64,000 bases of DNA from Thermoanaerobaculia bacterium (GTDB taxonomy: Bacteria; Acidobacteriota; Thermoanaerobaculia; Multivoradales; Multivoraceae). How positions within the stretch are numbered: position 1 is the stretch's first letter; each line of letters opens with the position of its first letter. The DNA is taken from contig OY761158.1 of the NCBI GenBank assembly GCA_963664405.1, positions 5,056,001-5,120,000 of the forward strand, read 5' to 3'. Made by a program: the position numbers and the translations under genes. The notes under the pieces were generated by a model. That model searched no databases. It was not told the DNA's origin and was given only the letters and a program-made list of their open reading frames with translations. Shown piece by piece: positions 27,202-36,012 of this stretch.

Positions 27202-29784
27202 TCATCCGTCAGCCTCGCCTATGAACCATGGGCTCGACCATGCCCGGCCGCCGTCGATCTGGGTCACGCGCACGTAGTAGTAGTCTCCGGCGGACGGAGG
27301 GTCGAGGTCACGGAGCTCGAGCACCTGATCGAGGGAGGCGTCGGGCCTAACTACCTGGAGGCTGACGCGGTCGGTGTAGCGACCGCTCTCGATGGTGTGT
27401 TCCAGCCGGCCGGCTTCGATGGCGGCGAAGTCTAGAAGGAAGTCGCTGGGAGCCTCGGCACCCCGGCCCCCAGCAGCCCTGGTTCCCCCTCCTCCGGCCG
27501 GATCGATCTGGAAGTCGAAGCTCGTGCTCGAGGTCGCACCCTCGAGCTCAATCAGCATGGTGTCGATCCGGCCACGGGTCCAGGTCTCAAAGTCGATCTG
27601 CGCCCCCCCTTCGGCATCGACGATGGCGGCACTCTCGAGATGGGGATTCTCGAAGCCGGGTGCAGAGACACCGAGAAAGTGCGCGCCCTTGACAGTGAGG
27701 GTGCCCTTCCACCGCCGGTGGCTGCGCCCTCGGGAAGGATACGCCTCCGAGGCCGGCTCGCTCGACGACTCGAAGCCAACCAGGATCCACGAGTGGGAGG
27801 TGAGCGGCGCGGGGAGATAGGAGCGACCGAAGACCACCTCGCCGTTGCGGATCACCTCGATCCGGTCGATGGCGGCGGTACCGGAGACCCGGCACACCAG
27901 ATGCCGCTCGTCAGACACTTCGTCGACAGCGAGCCTGCTGCCCATGCGACGGCCGTTGAGTCGAGCGTCGAGCAGGATGCGCTCGCCAGAGGTGGCGTAA
28001 GCTGAAAGGCCGCGCATCGCATCGAAGAGGGCGTCGCGGGTCTTGGCGGGGGCGATCACCGCCGCCAAACCGGGGAACTGCCGCAGCCGCCCGCTCCTCG
28101 CCGCCGAGTAGCCCGGCTTCGCTCGGTGATCGTCGGAAGCGGCGACGAAGCCGACCTCGAAACCGTTCTGGAGGAAGAGGTTGCCGAACCACTCGAAGCT
28201 GCCGTGCATCGAGTAGATCTCGACCAGTTTCTCCATCTCCGGATCGTTCCTCGTCCAGTCGCCGGGCTCGTGAGCGTGGGGAATGATGAGCACATCCTCG
28301 GGATCGTTCCCTCTGCGGAGACCTCGGTAGAGATCCGGCAAGGTGGCAGCGACCTGGCGACCCACACGGTCTCGGTCCGGGGTTCGGAACAGCACGTTGT
28401 TGTGCCCGCCCTGAGCTGCGGGCACCGTCCACTCGTAGGCCAGGAAGGTAACGAAGCGACCTTCCTCGTTGTACTGGCGCGACAGCTCTTGCATCCTGCG
28501 CCACTCGTAGTCATCGAGGTAGTTGTCGTGCTCCGAGTAGCCCAGAAAATCGAGCCGCGCGTCCTCGGTGGCGTAGCGAAAGACCTCCTCGGCCGAGCCC
28601 TGGCCTTCCGCATACCCGCTGTGGACGTGGGTCTCGCCGAAGTAGATGCGCGGGTCCGGATCGCGCTCGACCCAGATCGGATTGGTGGTGGTGCGAAGGG
28701 TGCCATCCTCAGAACGAACGGTGAAGCGATGGGCTCCCGGCTCGTCGATCGAGAGGCCCTCGACCACGACAGCCGGCTCTTCCCCGGCAGGGATCGTGTG
28801 CACGACCTCGTTTCCGAGCAGGACTTCGTAGCCGGGAAGCGCACCGACGGCGCGGTTGAGATAACGATCCTGGCTGCGCACCAGGAGATCGAAGGGCTCG
28901 CCCACCCCGACCGTCGACGGCGCGAACGCCACCACCGAATCCAGCGCGGAGCCGACCACGCGCAGCACGGGCCAGTCGAGACTGAAGAAATTGTCTTCGC
29001 CTTCGAAGTCGACGTAGAGCGGCATGAGTAGACGGTCGGTGCTCCAGGTCTGCACCAGAAGGCCTCTCGAGCCACCGCTGCGATCTCCGTAGGTCACGGT
29101 AATCATGTCGCCCTGCTCGAGGGCAGCCCCCGCGACCCGGTAGGCGGCGTGCACACGGGTCGCGGTCCCCAGGCGCCTCGGTGGGAAGTCGAAGGCTTCG
29201 AGCCGTGTCGCTTCCCTCGAGACACGAATCGAGAAGTAGTTGTCGGCCGCCGGATCCTCGGTCTGAAGGCCTCCCTGGTCGATACCCAGTTGGCTACCGA
29301 CGAGGACACCTCCGCCGAGTTGTATCGGCATCTCGCCCACGGTGAAGGTTTGCTCGATCTCGATCCAGCTACCCGACTCGACAGGGGCGTCAGGGACCAG
29401 GCGGAGGCTGCCGAGGGCGGCAGGCTTCTCGTCCTTGACTTGGAGCTCCCGCAGGTAGTCGTCGGTGAGCTTCAACAGCTCGTCGCTCGGCCCCTCCGCA
29501 AGAGCAGTCGCCAGGCGGGCGCGGGCCACGTGACGGGTGAGAGCGATCGGCAGCGAGGCGCCGGTGAGAGCGTAGGCGTTGGCCCAGTCCCAGAGCACAT
29601 CGGTGCGCTCCGCAAAGGTCCCAGCGGTGGTCGGGGCGAGCGACATCTCTTGCTTCACCTCCTCGACGCGGGCGCGGAGGTCACTCGGAAGGTGGTCGTC
29701 TTCGCTGGTTGGCGAGCAGGCGAATGTGCTGACGATCGCTATCAGGAGCGATGATCTCGTAATCGCCGCCGGCACCTTCTTCAC
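27202..29784 (-). CDS. DUF3604/PHP-like metallohydrolase lipoprotein
   Basis: STFAC lipobox; YFGETHVHSGYAEG; LDFLGYSEHD; AYEWT; GGHNNV; IIPH; VEIYSMHG; GFVAASDDH; DYYYVRVTQ.DG.RAWSSPWF. Confidence 0.85.
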   Translation of the reverse strand: MKKVPAAITRSSLLIAIVSTFACSPTSEDDHLPSDLRARVEEVKQEMSLAPTTAGTFAERTDVLWDWANAYALTGASLPIALTRHVARARLATALAEGPSDELLKLTDDYLRELQVKDEKPAALGSLRLVPDAPVESGSWIEIEQTFTVGEMPIQLGGGVLVGSQLGIDQGGLQTEDPAADNYFSIRVSREATRLEAFDFPPRRLGTATRVHAAYRVAGAALEQGDMITVTYGDRSGGSRGLLVQTWSTDRLLMPLYVDFEGEDNFFSLDWPVLRVVGSALDSVVAFAPSTVGVGEPFDLLVRSQDRYLNRAVGALPGYEVLLGNEVVHTIPAGEEPAVVVEGLSIDEPGAHRFTVRSEDGTLRTTTNPIWVERDPDPRIYFGETHVHSGYAEGQGSAEEVFRYATEDARLDFLGYSEHDNYLDDYEWRRMQELSRQYNEEGRFVTFLAYEWTVPAAQGGHNNVLFRTPDRDRVGRQVAATLPDLYRGLRRGNDPEDVLIIPHAHEPGDWTRNDPEMEKLVEIYSMHGSFEWFGNLFLQNGFEVGFVAASDDHRAKPGYSAARSGRLRQFPGLAAVIAPAKTRDALFDAMRGLSAYATSGERILLDARLNGRRMGSRLAVDEVSDERHLVCRVSGTAAIDRIEVIRNGEVVFGRSYLPAPLTSHSWILVGFESSSEPASEAYPSRGRSHRRWKGTLTVKGAHFLGVSAPGFENPHLESAAIVDAEGGAQIDFETWTRGRIDTMLIELEGATSSTSFDFQIDPAGGGGTRAAGGRGAEAPSDFLLDFAAIEAGRLEHTIESGRYTDRVSLQVVRPDASLDQVLELRDLDPPSAGDYYYVRVTQIDGGRAWSSPWFIGEADG

Positions 29785-31997
29785 CTGACTCGCTGCAGCG
29801 CCGCACGAGTGAGAATGCGCAACTGGTCCACGCCGTCGCCGCCTGCTCGAGTGTCGACGATGATCTTCTTCCCGCCCTCGAGCACCTTCCAGCCATCGAA
29901 GCCGGGCTCACCGACCAGCGTTCCGCGATCGGTCGAAGTCCCGAAGTCGGGGTCGGCAAAGGCGAGAAAGTCACTGCCGACCAAGCTCGCCGAGCTCGCT
30001 GCCACTCCCACGATCGGATCGTCGAGCTCGATCTCCACTCCGCCGAGGTCGGTCGCAGCCTTCGGGGCGAAGTGAAAGAGATAGCTGTGGACGACCGTAC
30101 CTGAAGGTATCGTCGCTCCCGCCGGAAGGTTACCGGCATCGTAAGCGGCGGCGGCACCGTCGCTGTCGACCCTCAGGTCCTCTTCGAGGGTCGCAAACTG
30201 CCGCTCGACCACCAGCTCCGGCCGGTCGGCGGCGGTGAGACGGCTCGCCGATAGATCGTCGGGGACGGTCTCGTCGTCGGTGTCGCCGAGAATGTCTACG
30301 CCCTCCGTGGCCGCGATTCGGGTGTCGTAATCGGCACCGTCGCGACTGGCGGCGGACTCGACTTCGAACCAGACGGTGATGTCCTCCAGCAGCGACGCGA
30401 AGAGCTGCTGGACCTCCGCCGGCTTCGAGGCGATGTCGGCGCTGGTGGCGACAGGGCTCGTCTCCCGCGGATCTTCGATCAGATCGTAGAGCTCCCACTC
30501 CCTGCCGCTGGTCTCGGAGATCAGCTTGTAGCGATCATCGATGATCGAGCGTCCGCCGCCCACCCTCTGCACCGTTCCGCCACGTCCTGCCTGCCGGCTG
30601 TCGCAGTCGTTGGGCTCGTCAGGGCCGCGGTTGGTCGTCGAGTCACCACAGTCTTCCCACTCGATACGGTGGGAGCGTTTGGCTGAGCGATCACCGAAAA
30701 GCACCTCGGTCATCGACTCGCCGTCGAGCGGCCGGGCGTCGGGCATCTCCACTCCCCAGATGTCCATCAGCGTCGGCAGGTAATCGCTGGTGATCATCGG
30801 CGTATGGGTTTCCCCCGGGGCGATCTGCCCCGGCCACTCGATGATGCCAGGCACCCGGACCCCACCCTCCCAGAGCTCGCCCTTGCGCCCGCGCAGGCGC
30901 CCGGTGCCCTCGCTGGGATCGTCGACTCTCACCGATGCCGACATACCGTTGTCCGAAGTGAAGGCCACGAGAGTTTCTCTTTCGATGCCGCGACTGCGCA
31001 GCTGCGAGCGCAGACGACCGATCTCCCGGTCTAGCGCGGTGATGCCCGAGTAGTACGGCGCCTCGTAATCGTTCATCTCGTCGCGCTCCTCGGCCGTATA
31101 GAGCTCATTCAGAGTCTCCGGGTGGAGGCGGTGCGGCCCGTGCGGTGGATGGAACCAGATGACGGCGAAGAAAGGCCGGTCGGCGGCCTTGGCATCGTCG
31201 ATGAATTGGAGGGTCTCGCGGACGAGGATCGCCGAGGTGTCGCCCCGTAGCTCTTGCGAGTCGATGTCGACGTACTCCCGGTGGCCGGTAAAGTAATGAC
31301 CGCCGTGAAAGTTGCCCTCACTGGGGAGCGGCCCTGCCGGATCCCGGCGCATCGGCTCGAAGGTCGGCAACGCCTGCGGGCTGGCGAAGCTACGGTCGTA
31401 GCCGTGGTGCCATGGCGCCGAATAGAACTCGCCACCGCTGGTACCTTGGCATCCAGACCGGCGGTTGTCACCGGCGCAGCGGGCGAAGTCTCCTCCTCCC
31501 CGCTCGCTTGCCCTGTCGAGATTGCCCAGGTGCCACTTGCCGAAGTGCCCGGTCATGTAGCCCTGGGTTTTGGCGACCTCGGCGATGGTCAGCTCGAGGT
31601 TGCGTAGGCCTCCATTGTAGGCCCAGTCGATTCCGGTTCGCCGTGAAGCACGACCGATGACGAAGGAGGCCCGCGTCGGGCTGCATACCGAGCCGCCGGA
31701 GTACATGCGATGGAATTGCAGCCCCTCTGCAGCCATCGCCCGGAGGTTAGGAGTTTTGACTTCGGTATGGCCCGGGTAGACATCACCGGGGGCGCGCTGC
31801 TGTGGGTACTCGACGTGGCCCCAGCCCTGATCGTCGCTCATCATCAGAATCACGTTCGGCCGGGATGGAGCCTTCGCTGAGGAGGGAGACGGCGCCTGCG
31901 CCACCAGTCCAGCAGCGCAGCCGAGGGCGGTGAGGATGGCGACCCCAGCTCTCCCTCGAGGTACGCCAACCACGAAGCTGGGCTTACAGCTCGTCAT
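29781..31997 (-). CDS. Secreted Cys-type sulfatase with extra C-terminal domain, paralog B
   Basis: RPNVILMMSDDQGWG, CSPTRASF, GKWHLG; near-identical to 36013-38238 after the signal region. Confidence 0.92.
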   Translation of the reverse strand: MTSCKPSFVVGVPRGRAGVAILTALGCAAGLVAQAPSPSSAKAPSRPNVILMMSDDQGWGHVEYPQQRAPGDVYPGHTEVKTPNLRAMAAEGLQFHRMYSGGSVCSPTRASFVIGRASRRTGIDWAYNGGLRNLELTIAEVAKTQGYMTGHFGKWHLGNLDRASERGGGDFARCAGDNRRSGCQGTSGGEFYSAPWHHGYDRSFASPQALPTFEPMRRDPAGPLPSEGNFHGGHYFTGHREYVDIDSQELRGDTSAILVRETLQFIDDAKAADRPFFAVIWFHPPHGPHRLHPETLNELYTAEERDEMNDYEAPYYSGITALDREIGRLRSQLRSRGIERETLVAFTSDNGMSASVRVDDPSEGTGRLRGRKGELWEGGVRVPGIIEWPGQIAPGETHTPMITSDYLPTLMDIWGVEMPDARPLDGESMTEVLFGDRSAKRSHRIEWEDCGDSTTNRGPDEPNDCDSRQAGRGGTVQRVGGGRSIIDDRYKLISETSGREWELYDLIEDPRETSPVATSADIASKPAEVQQLFASLLEDITVWFEVESAASRDGADYDTRIAATEGVDILGDTDDETVPDDLSASRLTAADRPELVVERQFATLEEDLRVDSDGAAAAYDAGNLPAGATIPSGTVVHSYLFHFAPKAATDLGGVEIELDDPIVGVAASSASLVGSDFLAFADPDFGTSTDRGTLVGEPGFDGWKVLEGGKKIIVDTRAGGDGVDQLRILTRAALQRVR

Positions 31998-32139
31998 GAC
32001 ATCAGTCAGGAGCCCAATTCTCCTTCTCGTGGCGGGTCCAGGGCAAGTCCTACTTTTCTCTGCGATTGGCGCAGCACCTCGTGCGCGAAGCTATCAGGTA
32101 GGATCGGCGGGACTCGAAGACTCCCCGAGGATCAATCGA

Positions 32140-33780
32140 ATGCTCTCGAAGGCTCTGCTCCGCACCCTCTTTCTCTCGCTGGTGGGATTGGCTCCGCTTA
32201 CCCTGTCGGCTCAGCCTGATCTCGCACGAACGGATGATCGGGTCGACTACCGAACCCAGATCCGACCGCTCCTCGCCAGATACTGCTACGAATGTCACGG
32301 CAGGGATCATGCCAAGCGAGAGGCCGATCTGAGGTTGGACGCTCAACGATACGCCTTCCGCGACCTCGGCGGCTATCGGACCATCGTGCCCGGAAAGCCG
32401 CAGCAGAGCGAGCTCTACCTACGCGTGGCGTCCGAGTACGCCGAGACCCGAATGCCGCCTTACGAGGCCGGCACCCAGCTCGACGAGGAGGCCATCGATC
32501 TCATCCGCCGCTGGATCGAAGAGGGAGCCGAATGGATCGACGACGATCGCGATCGGGTGCGGTCGAGCCAGCGGTCAGGGCGGCGGGCCGGCAAGCTGCC
32601 CGACCAGCCCTTTCTCATCCACACCCACGACATCGCGGACGTGCGGGTGTCGGTGCTGGCTCGAGGTCTCTCCCACCCCTGGTCACTGGCCTTCCTGCCC
32701 GGCGGTGACCTGCTGGTCACGGAGCGCAGCGGCAGCCTGCGTAGGGTCCACGACGGAGTGCTCGTGCCCGAGCCTGTCGCGGGATTGCCGACCGATGTGG
32801 TCACCCAAGGTAGTGCCGGATTGATGGAGGTGGCGCTCCATCCCCGCTTCGACGACAACCGCTGGGTCTACCTGAGCTACACCCGCCAGCTCGACGAGAC
32901 CACCGGCACGGTCGCCCTGATTCGCGGCCGTCTCGACGGCCTGGCTCTGCGTGACGTCGAAGACGTGTTCGTGGCCGAGCCTTGGCGCACCAGCGAGACT
33001 GGCGACACCGAGAGGCCGCAACGCCGCCTGCATCGCACAGCGGCGGCGCGGCTCGCCTTCGCACCGGACGGGACGCTCTTCATGACCATGGGCTGGACCT
33101 TCGGCGACCCGAGACCGAACGGAACAACCAGCCCCTCCGACTACCCCGTGCTCGCCCAGGATCTGAGCAGTCACGCCGGCAAGATCCTACGCCTCAACGA
33201 CGATGGCACAGTGCCGCGTGACAACCCCTTCGTTGGGCGCGAGGGAGCCAAGCCGGAGATCTACTCGATGGGGCATCGCAACCCGCAGGGGCTGGCCATC
33301 CATCCGCAGACCGGGGTGCTCTACGCCACCGAGCACGGAATGCAGGGCGGCGACGAGCTCAACGTCATCGAGGCGGGCGCCAACTATGGCTGGCCCCTCA
33401 TCTCCTACGGGCGCCTCTACGAAGGCCCGCGCATCTCCGAGCGGTTCTGGAAGGAGGGTATGAAGGAGCCGGCGGTGTTCTGGGTACCCTCGATCGGCCC
33501 GTCGGGTCTCGCCATTTACACCGGCGATCGCTTTCCCGACTGGAAGGGCAACCTCTTCGCCGGCTCCTTGAGGGAGGGCAGCATTTCGTACACCGGCCAC
33601 CTCGAGCGCATCGTCTTCAACAGAAGAGGCGAGGAGGTGAGGCGCGAGTCGCTCCTCACCGAGCTTCGTCAGCGCATCCGTGACGTGCGCCAGGGTCCCG
33701 ACGGACTGTTGTATCTGCTCACCGAAGAGAACGAAGCCGCGGTCCTGCGTCTCGAGCCAGTCGACAGCGGGGTCGAGTGA
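32140..33780 (+). CDS. Planctomycete cytochrome c domain fused to soluble PQQ aldose/glucose-sorbosone dehydrogenase
   Basis: VDYRTQIRPLLARYCYECHG...LRLD...IVPG...MPP...LIRRWIEEGA, followed by GLSHPWSLAFLP..DLLVTER, GKILRLNDDG.VP.DNPF, GHRNPQGLA, NYGWP, RIRDVRQGPDG. Start placed at ATG 32140. Confidence 0.88.
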   Translation: MLSKALLRTLFLSLVGLAPLTLSAQPDLARTDDRVDYRTQIRPLLARYCYECHGRDHAKREADLRLDAQRYAFRDLGGYRTIVPGKPQQSELYLRVASEYAETRMPPYEAGTQLDEEAIDLIRRWIEEGAEWIDDDRDRVRSSQRSGRRAGKLPDQPFLIHTHDIADVRVSVLARGLSHPWSLAFLPGGDLLVTERSGSLRRVHDGVLVPEPVAGLPTDVVTQGSAGLMEVALHPRFDDNRWVYLSYTRQLDETTGTVALIRGRLDGLALRDVEDVFVAEPWRTSETGDTERPQRRLHRTAAARLAFAPDGTLFMTMGWTFGDPRPNGTTSPSDYPVLAQDLSSHAGKILRLNDDGTVPRDNPFVGREGAKPEIYSMGHRNPQGLAIHPQTGVLYATEHGMQGGDELNVIEAGANYGWPLISYGRLYEGPRISERFWKEGMKEPAVFWVPSIGPSGLAIYTGDRFPDWKGNLFAGSLREGSISYTGHLERIVFNRRGEEVRRESLLTELRQRIRDVRQGPDGLLYLLTEENEAAVLRLEPVDSGVE

Positions 33781-33852
33781 GGAGGGCTGACCAGGCTGCC
33801 CGACTCGCGCTCGAGACCACGAAGCCCTGCTTCGCTGGTTGATTCGTCACGC

Positions 33853-35898
33853 TCAAGAGGAGGCGGGCAGCGCGAACGCCACCAACTGACCGATGACGCT
33901 GCCGCCACCGCCGGGGACTACGATGAACTGGCGGCCCTCGTGCATGTACGTGATGGGCACACTGTTGAGAGTGATGTCGGTCTTTACCTGCCCCAGCACT
34001 TTGCCCGTGAACTTGTCGTAGGCCACGAGGAAGCTCCCGTTCGGCCGGCTAGCGTCCCAACTCTCGAAGTTGCGCACATGAGTGATGAACAGGGTCTTGG
34101 TGAGGACGTGCCCACCGTAGGGGGTGCGCGGGACGATCTCGCCCAGAGGACCGAGATCGAGGTGCCGAATGGCGGGATGATCGGTCGGACCTCTACCCAA
34201 AGGAGCCTTCCAGAGATGCGCCCCCGTCTTCAGGTCGATCGCCGTGATCCGCCGCCAGGGAGGCTTGACCAGGGGCAGTCCCTGCGGCTTTCTGCTCCCA
34301 GGTTGCGAGTCCTTGACATATCTGAACTCGGTCCGCTCCGCGTCCGGCTTCACCACGCTCAGCGCCATGACCTTGGTGTGCGACTGCACGTATAGGATGC
34401 CAGTGAGGGGATCGACCGAAGCTCCCGGGTGACTGGATCCACCTGAGGCGCTGGGGAGTATGAGCGTCGCGATCTTGCCTCCTTCACCGGTGACGATCGT
34501 AGGGGCAAACATCGGCCCGAGAACGTACTGCTCGGCGATCTCGAGCGCCTCGCGGCGGAGCTCAGGAGTGAAGTCGATAAGATCGTCGACGCTCACCCCT
34601 TGGCGATCGAAGGCAGCCGGCTTGGTCGGAAAGGGCTGGGTCTTGGCGAGCCTCTCGCCCGGAACCGTGCTCTGCCCGACCGGTCGCTCTTCGATTGGCC
34701 ACAGAGGCTCGCCGGTCACCCGATCGAAGACATAGGCAAACGCCGTCTTCGACACCTGGGCCACCGCCTTTCTCAGCCGGCCGTCGACCACCACATCGAC
34801 GAGAACCGGAGCCGAGGCGATGTCGTAGTCCCAGATGCCGTGATGCACGGTCTGGAAGTGCCACACGCGCTCGCCCGTCTCCGCGTCGACACAGACCAGG
34901 CTCTCGGCGTAGACATTGTCGCCGTGACGGTCGCCGCCCCAATAGTCGCTCGACGGGGTGCTGGTGCCGAAATAGACATAGCCCAGCTCCTCGTCGGCGG
35001 CGAGCGGCGCCCAGACGTTGGTGTTGCCCATCCACTTCCACGAGTCGTTCTCCCAAGTCTCGGTGAACGCCTCGCCTTCCTCGGGGATGGTGTTGAAGCG
35101 CCACTTCTGCTCGCCGGTGCGTACATCGTAGGCACGCACGTGGCCCGGCGGAATGTTGTGCTTTTGCAGGGGAACGTCGAAGATCCTCGAGCCGACGATG
35201 TAGGTGTCGCCGACCACGATCCCCGGCGATCCGGCGCTGATGTTGGTCAGGAGGATCTGCTCACGTCCGAGAAAGTCTCGCGACATGTCGACGATGCCGT
35301 CCTCACCGAAGGCGGAGTCAGGTCGTCCGGTCTCGAGATCGACCGATACCAGCTGCTTGCCGGCGGTAGCAAAGAGAATGCGCTCTTCTCCACCGGCCTG
35401 GCCGGCGACCCCATCCGTCCAGTACGCGATGCCCCGCGGCGAAGTGTAGGCCCGCGCCTTCGGACGCTCGTAGCTCTTCGGGTCGTAAAGCCACAGCTCC
35501 TCACCGGTGCCGGCGTCGAGAGCCGCGAGCTGCCATCGGGTGGTGATCATGTAGACGCGACCACCGATCATCAGCGCTGAGCCCCCCAATCCCGGATGCC
35601 TAGGCGCCGATGCCGACCGCCCACCTGCCTCACGTCCTCTTCCTGCCGCCCGAGCTTCGCGGCCTCCACCGCGAGCCGGAGCTTGTCCTCGAGGAGTCTC
35701 CTCTAGGCGGCTATCGGCAGTCTCCCAGCGCCAGGCCACCTCGAGCTGCGAGAAGTTCGTGGCGTCGATCTGATGGAGCGGTGAGTAGCGGGTGAAGGAA
35801 GGGTCGCCGCCATGGTGCCGCCACTCGCCGCCGGCAGCACCTGGCTGCGCCGAAGCGGAGGTCGCCACCAAAGCACAGATCAAGACCAGCCTCAACAT
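33853..35898 (-). CDS. PQQ-dependent dehydrogenase (GDH-like), paralog 2
   Basis: RYSPLHQID, HHGIWDYD, FDRVTGEPLWPIEERPV, TQPFPTKP. Start placed at MLRLVL. Confidence 0.9.
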   Translation of the reverse strand: MLRLVLICALVATSASAQPGAAGGEWRHHGGDPSFTRYSPLHQIDATNFSQLEVAWRWETADSRLEETPRGQAPARGGGREARAAGRGREAGGRSASAPRHPGLGGSALMIGGRVYMITTRWQLAALDAGTGEELWLYDPKSYERPKARAYTSPRGIAYWTDGVAGQAGGEERILFATAGKQLVSVDLETGRPDSAFGEDGIVDMSRDFLGREQILLTNISAGSPGIVVGDTYIVGSRIFDVPLQKHNIPPGHVRAYDVRTGEQKWRFNTIPEEGEAFTETWENDSWKWMGNTNVWAPLAADEELGYVYFGTSTPSSDYWGGDRHGDNVYAESLVCVDAETGERVWHFQTVHHGIWDYDIASAPVLVDVVVDGRLRKAVAQVSKTAFAYVFDRVTGEPLWPIEERPVGQSTVPGERLAKTQPFPTKPAAFDRQGVSVDDLIDFTPELRREALEIAEQYVLGPMFAPTIVTGEGGKIATLILPSASGGSSHPGASVDPLTGILYVQSHTKVMALSVVKPDAERTEFRYVKDSQPGSRKPQGLPLVKPPWRRITAIDLKTGAHLWKAPLGRGPTDHPAIRHLDLGPLGEIVPRTPYGGHVLTKTLFITHVRNFESWDASRPNGSFLVAYDKFTGKVLGQVKTDITLNSVPITYMHEGRQFIVVPGGGGSVIGQLVAFALPASS

Positions 35899-36012
35899 GT
35901 ACCCCCGTTCGCGGACTTTGTCATGCAGACTGATGCATCCGTTGGCGAGGTATTGCATGCACTCGGTTTTGGCGAAAAGGGGACTGTGCCCTTGCCCAGA
36001 CTCGAGGCAAGT

